Shown here: piece by piece, positions 28,330 through 38,231 of the stretch
Numbering within the stretch: position 1 is the stretch's first letter
Layout of the letters: every line of letters begins with the position of its first letter
The notes under the pieces: model-generated
What the model was told of the DNA's origin: nothing
What the model saw: only the letters and a program-made list of their open reading frames with translations
Databases searched by the model: none
Translations under genes and position numbers: made by a program
DNA from: Octopus sinensis
Taxonomy: Eukaryota
DNA length: 64,000 bases
Assembly (NCBI RefSeq): GCF_006345805.1
Contig: NC_043005.1
Coordinates: forward strand, 62,186,001-62,250,000
Reading direction: 5' to 3'

Positions 28330-28933
28330 GATTTGGCTGCTGGAAGATTTGCAGCTCAGCTACTGGATCAAGGAAATGGAAGCATTCAGCAAGACAGCAA
28401 TGAAGACAACACTCTTCCAAATGGCTGAGGTATTTGGGTTAAAACTGTAGAAGAGTTGATTACCGAGTTTTAGCTAAACATTGAACATAATTTTCAAGAT
28501 CATCATTGGCTTTGTGAAAGAGCCGTACTTGCACCAAAGAATGAAGCTGTCCAGATTGTCAATTGGAAACTTATGCAATCAATCAATACTGAGGAAAAAA
28601 ATCATTTCTAAGTTGATACTGTTGTGAACCCCAATGAGGATGTGAATTATCCTACTGAGTTTCTTAACTCTTTGGGTCTTCCTAGAATGCCTTCTCACAA
28701 ACTGACATTGAAGAAAGGTGTTCCAGTCATGCTTTTGAGAAATCTGGATCTGCTAAAGCTGTGCAATGGAACAGGACTGACTGTCAAGCAAACACATCCA
28801 CACCTTTTCGAAGCAACAATCCTCACCGGACAAGGAAAGGAAGAAAATTTGTTTATTCCAAGAATTCCACTGATTCCAGCAGACATGCCCTTTGAATTTA
28901 AGAGACTTCAATTTCCAGCAAGAATTAATTTTG
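28330..28933 (+). mobile_element. Helitron RepHel PIF1-like helicase fragment (pseudogenised)
   Basis: FAAQLLDQGNG...WLCERAVLAPKNEAV...YPTEFLNSLGLPRMPSHKLTLKKGVPVMLLRNLDLLKLCNGT..TVKQ...EATILTGQGKEENLFIPRIPLIPADMPFEFKRLQFP is the typical Helitron helicase C-terminal half. In-frame stops upstream; truncated by (TA)n. Confidence 0.92.
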
Positions 28934-28959
28934 AATATATATATATATATATATAAAAT

Positions 28960-29262
28960 CACCGTCCGTTCGTGGCCGTTTGCCAGCTCTGTCTGGCCCC
29001 ATGTCGGTGGCACGTAAATGCACCATCCGTTTGTGTTCATTGCCAGCCTCGGCTGGCCCCCGTGCCGGTGACACATAAAAGCACCGTCCGTTCGTGGCCG
29101 TTTGCCAGCTCTGTCTGGCCCCGTGTCGGTGGCACGTAAAAGTACCATCCGTTCGTGTTCGTTGACAGCCTCGGATGGCCCCCGTGCCGGTGACACGTAA
29201 AAGCACCGTCCGTTCGTGGCCGTTTGCCAGCTCTGTCTGGCACCTGTGCAGGTGGCACGTAA
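28960..29262 (+). repeat. GC-rich tandem array, 61-bp monomers alternating a/b (122-bp higher-order repeat), ~5 monomers
   Basis: Monomers start at 28960, 29021, 29082, 29143 and 29204. Units 1/3/5 begin caccgtccgttcgtggccgtttgccagctctgtctgg; units 2/4 begin (c/t)accatccgtt(t/c)gtgttc. Confidence 0.92.
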
Positions 29263-29439
29263 AAAACACCCACTACACTCGCGGAGTGGTTGGCGTTAGG
29301 AAGGGCATCCAGCCGTAGAAACACTGCCAGATCTGACTGGGCCTGACGAAGCCTTCCAGCTTCACAGACCCCAGTTGACCCGTCCAACCCATGCTAGCAT
29401 GGAAAGCGGACGCTAAATGATGATGATGATGATGATGAT
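29204..29439 (+). repeat. Family A copy continuous with the 61-bp array, (TGA)n tail
   Basis: The last monomer runs into gtggcacgtaaaaaacacccactacactcgcggagtggttggcgttaggaagggcatccagccgtagaaa...gacgctaaa(tga)n. Confidence 0.9.
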
Positions 29440-30854
29440 ATATATACATATATTCACATAATCACATAACCATACAGCAAACTCTCAAACTGCATTTAGG
29501 TATTTTGATCCTTGTCAACTTTATGAAATGGTCTTATCTATAAGCAGATCCCCTTTCATTAAACCCACTGTACCTAGTCCACAGTTTGCTTCTAATTCCA
29601 CTCAACACATGGAAGAACAGAATAAAACCTATCCTCTTAAACCCACCAGTCTTACACAGTCACCAATCAGGGCAACATTTCCGGTTACTTGAGCTCAATA
29701 GAGTGAAATTTCTCAATAATGTTCCTGCTATCATCTTTAAACAGTATACTCTTGAGCTGATCTTTGTTCTCAATAAATTTCCAGCCGTCTTCCTTTATGG
29801 GTATTGATGTAAACATATGAAAACAGAAGGTACTGTGTTCTATTTTGAAGGAAGGTAACATCTCTGACGTTGTCAACAACTCCTTTGTCATTCAAAGTCT
29901 CAATGTAAAGGATTCAGTTAAAGATGATTGCCTCCTTCATATCTCTTTATGTTTCTTCTCCCCCTCCTCAGTAGCTATTAATAATACTTATCATAGAGTT
30001 AGATCCTCAGGAGATCCACTATTTCACATTAGGAATAACTTGTTTCTTATGCCAATGAAAAAGACTCTATGTTGTCTATTAAGTTACTGCAAATTTAGTT
30101 GTCAAACTCCTCTGCCACTTTAAGAAAGAATGGTGTGGTCACAGCTGGAGCAAGTTTGATCTAAATCTGCTTAGTCAGGGCTGACCTGGGGCAAGACAAC
30201 AACAATAAGTACACCTCATGAGAAAGTTATTGTTCTTGACGTTTCTAAACTGAGCAAATTTCTACTGCAACACCTGTTGGTGTGGTTCTCCTTAATCCAC
30301 ACTTTATCAACTCTAGTGCTTCTCAAAGCTTCAGTCATGTCTTCTGTACTCTTCTTTTTGTTTTTAATTAGACATTCCTATGCAGGTAATTTTATTCTAA
30401 TCTTCTACACCAGGAATCTTCGGCATGCAATGTAGACATCTAATTCTAAATTTTGCACCATTTCCATAAATAGAAACCTTGAAAACATCCTACAATAGCA
30501 ACATATAACCTAGTCTTTGTATGTGGTGCCAATACATAGACAATGTATATATATCAAGAGAAAAGTCTTCTAACATTACATCTTTCTCACCCATGAATAA
30601 TACACATCTGAAACACTCAAACTTATTACCTATGTCACACATTTCAATCTCCTACGACCTTTCTTGTATCCATACACCTATGACAACATGAGACTTTTCT
30701 CAAAGGCAAGGTAAGCAAATACAAAGAACAACAGTAAACTACCCTAGAGTTCTGCTTTCATATAAGGAATGGTGCAACTGCATTCTAAAACAGATCTGGC
30801 AGATTCACTCACATTCCCAGATTCTTTGTCAGTTATGATGAGTGTTCCAGCTGA

Positions 30855-31130
30855 TTTGATTAATAGAACAGCTTGCTCATACAATTAACATGCAAGTGGC
30901 TGGGCACTCCACAGACAGGTATACCATTAATGTAGTCCTCAGGGAGATTCAGTGTGACACACTGAATGTGACAAGGCTGGCTATTTGAATTAAAGATAGA
31001 ACTCATTTCTGCCAGCTGAGTGGACTGGACCAATGTGAAATAAAGTGTCTTGCTCAAGGACACAAAGCACTGTCAGGAATTGGCCTTATGATTGTGAGCT
31101 TAATACCCTAACCACAAAGCCACATGCCTT
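30855..31130 (-). mobile_element. tRNA-derived SINE family D (CORE-like); second copy ~45095-45312
   Basis: Minus-strand head ggcatgtggctttgtggttagggtatt (A-box-like) and tgtccttgagcaagacactttatttcac. Near-identical motifs at 45190-45310. Confidence 0.7.
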
Positions 31131-31387
31131 CACACATAATTTACATTACAACCACAAGCATACTAATGCACTCTTCCCGTTGTCTGTCTTCTATTTCTAC
31201 TGTAGTGGAATCTGCTTCTTTTTAACTAGCAAACTGTGTACTCCTTGATATACAACATTGCCTCTTGTCAGCATCACTTCAACTGTATGTCACCCACGAA
31301 ACGCCACACAAAGTATTTTATTAAATCTACACCAACAGTTTATTAGTTCATTATATAAATTATAAGTAAGAAAATAATTTTTTTTAC

Positions 31388-31605
31388 CTTTCTTGTAACT
31401 GTTTTCCAGGAATAAGTCCAGCACGGAGATTGCTATCTCCTTCTTTACGTGCCTGCCACCAAAGTGGATCTTCTTGACTAACAATCTGAAGAACATCTCC
31501 CTTCTGGAAAGGAAGACCTGCTTCTGGGCAAGGAATAATGGGGTCATCAAAGGGATCATAATCAAATAGAGCTCGAAGTCTTATTTGAGTTGAACGATAA
31601 TATGG
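31388..31605 (-). CDS. MPP7: MAGUK p55-subfamily (MPP7-like) coding exon: SH3 domain
   Basis: Minus-strand acceptor tttttcag|CCA at 31606-31608 and donor AG|gtaaaa at 31386-31387. 218 nt, phase 0 to 2. Encodes [72 protein letters not shown](R), matching the MPP7/MPP3 SH3 signature (ALFDY..D..IPC.EAGL.F.KGD.LQI.SQ.D..WWQA..E.D.N.RAGLIP.K..QER). Confidence 0.95.
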
Positions 31606-32684
31606 CTGAAAAATAAAGAGAATAATCACGGATCAATTAAGATTTTATTCACACTGAAATAAGCTAGATAATTTTATTTAAATCTAACAAGAAATTTGAT
31701 TTTGTTGGATTTTGAACTTTTAGATGAAAATAGAGGCAACATCTATTTCTATCATATTGAGCAAAACAGACCCACAATTAATTCCTTTTTTTTTCTAGAA
31801 AATGTTGAATATTTTTTATGTTTATGTATTTGATTTGCAAGATTTTTGATGTGAAATTGTGTATTGAAACAGATATTGTTATATTTGGTGATGGTCATAT
31901 TTTACTAATTAAACACACATGCATAATATGTTTGGTCTTCACTTCAGCTTTATTATCATTATTTTACTTTCTTTGTCAAAACTCAATTGTCACATATCCT
32001 GCGACCTCTTCAGTGACTCTTTATCCCATATGTCCCAAGCAGAACAAGAAAAGACACATTGGATTAAAAGTCATTGAAGAGGTCACAGGATGTATGACAA
32101 AAGAGCTTTGACAAAGAAAATAAAATGATACTAATAAAGTTGAAGTGAAGACCAATATAAAGTACATATGTTTAATTGGCAAAATATGATCATCCTCACT
32201 AATTTATTAAAAACAAAATGATCATTTTTTTTTATGATTTAGTAAGCAGTAGAGGGACAGTGCCCATGACTTTTTTCTGAGACTGTTGGTACAAGGAGAA
32301 GAAGAAACCATGATTTACAGGTTGTTGCAATAAGAAACAGCTCATCAGAGATCTGTTCTGAATGCTTACAAGAAATTGAACAGTGAAAGGTACTCCATAG
32401 GCCAGTGGTGGAGTTAAAACCAAGCAAAGATTAAATCTAATGTCTTAGAACATGTTAAGTCAATCCAACTATTGACAAAATGCAATAGTAAAATAGACAT
32501 GCCCAAGATGCCACATGGTAGGTCCAAGTCAGGAATCATATGAACCTGAAACAAACTTCTTACAACCTACCTTAGACCTCCCTTAGTTCTATGATGCAAA
32601 CTTCCTGTTTTAAAGTGATCTAAATAAAAACCTTCCATCAACATTTTATGTTAATTCATGTTCCATGCACCAGTTTAATAATGA

Positions 32685-33085
32685 TTTTAAATTTTGGCAC
32701 AAGGCCAGCAAGTTCGTGGGAGGGGGTAAATTGTTTACAGTGACCTGAGTGTTCCACTGGTACTTGCTTTATTAACCCTGAAGGGATGAAAGGCAAAGTT
32801 AACCTCAGCAGAATTTGAACTCAGAAAGTACAGATGAATGAAATGTTGCTATGCATTTTGCCTGGCATGCTAATAATTCTACCAGCTCACCACCTTAAAT
32901 ACCAGTTTAATAATCCTTTCTTCTATTGGCACAAGGCCTGACATTTTGTGGGAGGGGGCCAGTTGATTAAAAGGATGAAAGGCAAAGCTGACCTTGGTGG
33001 AATTTGAACTCAGAATGTAGCAATGGGTGAAATACCGCTAAGCATTTCATCCAGTATGCTAATGATTCTGCCAGCTTGCCACCTT
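32685..33085 (-). mobile_element. Two tandem family C SINE copies/fragments
   Basis: The core aaggatgaaaggcaaag(t/c)t(a/g)acct..g..gaatttgaactcagaa occurs twice (~32780 and ~32970). Tail ttttggcacaaggcc at 32691 and 32927. Confidence 0.85.
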
Positions 33086-33478
33086 GAATATCAGTTTGAT
33101 AATGGCAGTTATTTTACTAAATTCTTCATTTTTCAAATTAATTGAAACAAAAGTTGTGTTTCTCAACAGAAATATGGCAACTAACATAGGATCAAAACAT
33201 GCAGCAAATATATTGTTTGTCCTGAGATTAAAATTATTATTTCCTTTTGTTTACTTAGTTGGAATACTATGTTAGACATTAGCCAAAAGAAGAACATCTA
33301 TGTAGTCATTTGACTTATGAGTATTAGCAACCAAATTTTTCTTACCCTACCATTCAGACTATGCTGCCAACAGTAATGCTTATTTATTTTAATTGTTTTG
33401 AATTACTCATGTAGCATCATGTAGATTATTTACCTTATTTACATTCGACGGATATTTGTCCTCATCTTGTTTGTTGTT

Positions 33479-33524
33479 AACACAACGTTTTGGCTGATAT
33501 ACCTTCCAGCCTTCTTCAGGTGTC
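33479..33524 (-). ncRNA. Minimal type I hammerhead ribozyme motif, G12>A mutated
   Basis: GACAC CUGAAGA A GGCUG-gaagguauau-CAGCC AAAAC GUU GUGUU; the core GAAA is mutated to AAAA (CpG-type transition). Confidence 0.7.
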
Positions 33525-33572
33525 TTGGGGGGAATTTCGAACATGGGTTCTCATTCCTAAGGTATTTTTGGA

Positions 33573-33603
<31 letters not shown>

Positions 33604-33692
33604 GTTGTTGGTGTTCAGGTCACTGCTTGGAATCGAACTTGGAATCTTGGGGTTAGTACCCCACACTCTTAACCACTATGCCATATTCCCGT

Positions 33693-33765
33693 GGGCATAT
33701 GGTGTAGTGGTTATGAGCATGGGCTACTAACCCCAAGATTCCAAGTTCGATTCCAGGTAGTGACC
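33693..33765 (+). other. tRNA-Arg-like Pol III head (not a functional tRNA)
   Basis: GGGCATA TGGTGTAGTGG (A box) ... CTACTAA CCCCA AGATT CCAAG TTCGATT CCAGG (B box). The layout parallels eukaryotic tRNA-Arg(ACG) (…CTACGGA TCAGA AGATT CCAGG TTCGACT CCTGG) as recalled, but the stems are broken. Confidence 0.7.
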
Positions 33766-33836
33766 TGGATAATAATAATAATAACAACATCGAAAAATAC
33801 CTTAGGAATGAGAACCCAGGTTCAAAATTTCCCCAA

Positions 33837-33879
33837 GACACCTGAAGAAGGCTGGAGGGTATAGCAGCCAAAACGTGTT
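33837..33879 (+). ncRNA. Degenerate hammerhead motif (G12>A, 3-nt deletion at the cleavage triplet)
   Basis: GACAC CUGAAGA A GGCUG-gaggguauag-CAGCC AAAAC GUGUU. Confidence 0.55.
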
Positions 33880-34687
33880 AACAACAAACAAGATGAGGAC
33901 AAATATCTGTCGAATGTAAATAACGTAGATAATGTACATAATTCCTTATCTCTTAAATATAGAACTGTAGTAGCATGTAGCTTTGAGGTTTCAATGATGT
34001 ACTCATTTCTTTTTAGAATGACATTGTAGGGCTGGTGTGAGAGGCTCAATATGGCCAATTTGAACATAAAACAGGTACATTATTTGGGCCAGATATGGCC
34101 AGTTTAAATGCTTAAAGGTAAAATCACATGTAGCATTTTTAAAAAGAGAAGAACATCTTGAACAAAGTTGTTTAAGATATACCAAAGTTATGAGATAATA
34201 GGATAGATATAGTAATAGGTGGAATGCCTTTGATCATAGGTCTGCTTAACTGCAGTTGATCTGGGACTAAGCAACAATAACTGGATATACAGTAGTCTCA
34301 TTTTGCAACAGGACGTTTAATTCAAAATAAATAACAATTTCAGACAGGATATCAATACTTTTTATAAATATCTCAATTGGAAGTACTAACAATTTTAATA
34401 AAGATGTTTGAAAAAAAAAAAATGAAGCAAAATAAATAAACAAAAGTAATAAAAAACAAAACCAAAAAACAGCAAAAATAACTCAGTATTCCCTTCTATC
34501 AAATAAAAGAATTTGTTATCAAGTCATGTGCTAATTTTATTAGCTACTAAAATACTGCATGAATTTGTTTTTTTTCTAATATGAACTTGAAAAATTTATT
34601 ACCTCTATATAAATTGAGACATTAAATCTGCATCAATTACCATTAAAAACATATTCTTTTTGTCTCTCTCATACAATCACACACACA

Positions 34688-34834
34688 CGTATTATATATA
34701 TATGTATGTATATATAAAGATATATATATATATAAAAATATGTATACATATAAATATATATATATAAATGTATATATATATATATGCATGCATGTTTGTG
34801 TATATATATATATACATAATACATGTATACATAT

Positions 34835-34878
<44 letters not shown>

Positions 34879-34890
34879 ATACATGTATAC

Positions 34891-34923
<33 letters not shown>

Positions 34924-34930
34924 ATATATG
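34688..34930. repeat. Complex (TA)n/TACA microsatellite with internal ~64-bp duplication
   Basis: tatatatacataatacatgtatacatatatatat occurs at ~34805 and ~34868. Confidence 0.9.
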
Positions 34931-35621
34931 CACTTCTCTGTTTCCCACCACCATAATAAAATCATTATTTAAATCCAATAATGGAAAATATTCTATGATA
35001 AGTTTACATTTGGTGAAATCAGTATAAATTGAATTAGTGTAATGTTATGGAAGTAAATATTAGATAAATATTTCTTTTTTAATTACAGGAAGTTTTCATT
35101 CAAACATTTTTTTAAAGCTATTCATTCAACATAAATTGTAATATAAATGGGTTTATGAGAATCTATACTTTTAGCTATTATCATAGAAACATTAAGCTGA
35201 TTATCAACAAATTTAAGCAATTTTCAATGAGAGAGTCTCTACATGGTCAGACGATTGGCAAGAAATAGCAACTAAATATTCCTCAAGTGACATCCTACTT
35301 TGGAAACATGGGTTTCGATCCCAGCACTGCCAGTGATACTTTGATGTTTTGAGCCAAATAGGAAGATTCTACATGTTTACTTAACCTGATGAAAACCATA
35401 GCCAAATCATCTTCACATCATATATTGAATACAGACACAGTTCATATAATCCAGTATAACTCTAAAAGGTCAGTATAGTTGTAACTGGGATGCCATTGAT
35501 AGTAAATCTGTTCAACTAGGATTGACTTGGAGCTAAGCAGAGGTAACTAGTATACAGGAAGGAAGTTTCTTTGTGGCTGGCTGATCTAGTAGAAATGACA
35601 GTCTAATCTCTTTCAAATCAT

Positions 35622-35764
35622 TATTTACATTTGACGGATATTTGTCCTCATCTTGTTTGTTGTTAACACATTTTGGCTGCTATACCCTCCAGCCTTCATC
35701 AGATGTCTTGAGGGGGAAATTTCAAACCTGGGTTCTCATTCCTAAGGTATTTTTTGATGTGTTG

Positions 35765-35800
<36 letters not shown>

Positions 35801-35880
35801 TCACTGCCTGGAATTGAACTCAGAATCTTGGGGTTAGTAGCCTGTGCTCTTAACCACTACGCCACATGCCTGTGGGCAAT
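35622..35880 (-). mobile_element. Single tRNA-like + (AAT)n + hammerhead unit (3' UTR/pseudo-LTR of the adjacent Penelope element)
   Basis: Same sequence as one arm of the palindromes. tRNA-like segment 35799-35871; degenerate hammerhead 35665-35707 (GACAU CUGAUGA A GGCUG…CAGCC AAAAU GUGUU). Lies directly 3' of the Penelope ORF stop on the same strand. Confidence 0.88.
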
Positions 35881-35893
35881 TATGGAGTGAATT

Positions 35894-36420
35894 TTAGGGC
35901 TTCTTCCTTAATACCAGTTCCCATATGATACTCATATCTGCACTTGGTCTGCTTAGGAGGTTGTTGTGCTGCTTCTTTTAGTTTTTGTATTTTCCAGTGG
36001 TGTTCTCTGTCTATCATTTTAACTTCATTCCCACTGGGAGGGGGGGGGTTGTCTCCATCTCTCCATACATGATCAGCTATACCCGATATATCAATATCTC
36101 CTCATGTCACAGCTTTGTGATGTGCACTTTGGTGGGGTGGCATGTTTTGCCTTTGTATAACCTACCACAGCTGCATGGGATGGAGTACAGTTCTTAGTCA
36201 TATTCTCTTCTATTGGTGGTTTTACTCTAAGAAAATATTTGCAAAGTGTATTACTCTTGAATACTGTCCTGATGTCATATGGGCTACATATCTTTTGTAT
36301 CTTTTCAGAGAGGCCTTTCACATAGGGTAGTCAGACTGTGGACAGTTTATTGGTTTCATCCTGTCTTTTCTTCATAATTGGAGTGGATAGTATGTTTTGG
36401 GGGTAGTTGTTGCTTGATAG
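35894..36420 (-). mobile_element. Penelope-like element ORF remnant: RT thumb/linker plus GIY-YIG endonuclease
   Basis: Across frameshifts: LSSNNYPQNILS..*LPYVKGLSEKIQKICSPYDIRTVFKSN..RVKPPIEENMTKNC/IPCSCGRLYKGKT…HKAVT*GDIDISGIADHVWRD…EVKMIDREHHWKIQKLKEAA/NNLLSRPSADMSIIWELVLRKKP*. NYP, LPYV, VY.IPC.C..Y.GET, S.IA.H and R..KEA are the PLE signatures. Confidence 0.9.
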
Positions 36421-36481
36421 AAATGATCAATAACAATCTATTAAGCAATAACTTGGTGGAGTATTCCAGTTCTATATTTAA

Positions 36482-36690
36482 CCCCTTTTAGTTACCAACC
36501 TGGCTGAAACCGGCTCTGGGCTTTGAGTACAAATGTCTTGTTTTCATAAGTTTTGAATTAAAATCTTCCACCAAACCTTATTCACAATTGGAATACTGGA
36601 ATACCAACTTAAAAAATTCTTTGTTATATTTAAAGTAATTGAAAGAAACACAGAGCATCTAAAAAAAAAAAAAATACAGTAACGAAAGGG
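36482..36690. mobile_element. piggyBac-like MITE with TTAA TSD
   Basis: TTAA (36478-36481) ccccttttagttac ... gtaacgaaaggg TTAA (36691-36694). Confidence 0.75.
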
Positions 36691-37103
36691 TTAAGAATGA
36701 CACTACCAAATGAGAGCTAGCTTAACTCACTCATTGAATGGTTAATAATAGTCTCCACTATGAGCACAATGCAGTGTCTGTCTGTGACAATATGCACTAT
36801 GTTATTATCGCATTTAGCATGTTATAGGTATCTGATTGTCAAAGCTATTCTTCATCTGAAAATATGTAAATATTTGAATATTCTGACCACTCAACTGGGC
36901 TAGGCTTTCAAAAAATATAGATCACTTGAGTCTATTTGTTTGGTAATACAGAAACAAAATAACTCAAACTAGTCATTTTGTTTTCCTTCTTAAGAAATTG
37001 AAACCTGAACCATAAACCACAGCTTTGATTTCCTTGTTTAAATTAAGCTTTATTGAGTAACTAAGACTGCTTCTAGAAGATTGAACTTTTATATATTATT
37101 TAA

Positions 37104-37782
37104 TCCTTTAGCATTCAAATTATTTTGTCAAATGTAATGATTATGTATTCACATGACAGGTCGTCATCAACTTACGACTGATTGACTTTATGAGGATTGG
37201 TGCACCAGCTCCTGGCAGCAATAGTAAATAGTCTAGTGGAAATCTAATGGGTTTAATTTCTTAGAAATTAACCTGTCTACAGGTGATGTCAGCTAACAAA
37301 TGCTTCCCATAGGTTTGATTATCGATCGCCACTGTAGTTATCCCAAATGTTGGATGAATATCTTGTCAAGGAGACATTGAGGCAACCTCGTATTTGTTTA
37401 TAATACGTCTACTTGAGACTCCGAAATTTTTCACTAATGCCAGTATAATAGTATAATACAGAATGCTGTGTGGGATTTTTACCTGAGAATGTATCTTATC
37501 AATGTAAGAATATAAACAAAGCTATGTAGACCTATAGGCCAACTTATGACCGAATTGACTTATGACCAGTTCGTTGGAAACAATTGTGGTTGTAAGTTGA
37601 CAACGACCTGTATTTTTAATTGATCATGTATTGTCTTGTAGCTTTCAGAGTTCAATGTTGTGACTGTGTATGTTTAAAGAGATAATGTCAGGTAGGGGTG
37701 AGAGGCCAAATCTGGCCACTTTCAACATAAAACAGGAAGAATATTTGGGCTGGATATGGCCAGTTTTTTAAATGCTAAAGAG
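37104..37782. mobile_element. piggyBac-like MITE (TTAA TSD) interrupted by a nested MITE
   Basis: TTAA (37100-37103) tcctttagcatt ... aatgctaaagag TTAA (37783-37786). Its 3' part resembles 34000-34115. Confidence 0.78.
37157..37610. mobile_element. Tigger/pogo-like (Tc1/mariner superfamily) MITE
   Basis: TIRs caggtcgtcatcaacttacgac / gttgtaagttgacaacgacctg|TA. Subterminal (a)acttatgac repeats. Confidence 0.82.
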
Positions 37783-38231
37783 TTAATTTCAAGTTGGTTA
37801 TGATTAAGCAGATCTATGATCATGGGCTTACAAACACTGACTATCCTGTTCCACTGGCTATGTTATCTTCTATGTATTTTTTTTTTCAAGACAGCATGGT
37901 GATGTCAGAAGGAAAATTAGCTGCTCTTTCTCCTCTTTCTAGCAGATGAAATGACCCTTGCTAGTTCAACTTTTAGTTCTTTGAAGCTCAGATGTCACTA
38001 AATGAAGGTAAAAAGAAAGCTGGGCATGCTATAAAGATTTATTACTTGAGCAAAGATGATATATTTGAAAGGATGCTATAAAACTGGTGTAATTATTGTC
38101 AAATTAATGGTGATGTTAACTCCATGGAAGTTGAGATAAAACATGATTTTATCAACTAAATAACAGACACAAGCCACAGATTTTACTGACAGAAAGTAAC
38201 AAAGGAAATAACTAAGGCTAAAGTTCTCTAA

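Larger units (their letters stand above)
33419..33967. mobile_element. Palindromic (head-to-head) non-autonomous Penelope-derived element: two tRNA-like heads, two (AAT)n tracts, two hammerhead motifs
   Basis: The arms are reverse complements about the centre ccc-GT-ggg (33691-33692). tRNA-like segments at 33618-33690 (-) and 33693-33765 (+); hammerhead-like motifs at 33479-33524 (-) and 33837-33879 (+). Confidence 0.92.

Noticed and set aside
28960-29262. CRISPR-like array
   Set aside because: Eukaryotic context; the units are contiguous tandem monomers without unique spacers.
28753-29387. Long overlapping ORFs (110-147 aa) on the minus strand
   Set aside because: They arise from the GC-rich 61-bp tandem array and have no protein homology.
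33693-33765. Functional tRNA gene (anticodon-like ACT)
   Set aside because: The acceptor, anticodon and T stems are broken, there is no T-run terminator after the cloverleaf, and it is embedded in a repeated element. It is a tRNA-derived head, not a tRNA.
34643-35027. Y/I-rich ORFs (also 4884-5180, 51593-51910, 24011-24268)
   Set aside because: They are translations of TA/TG/ATT microsatellites.
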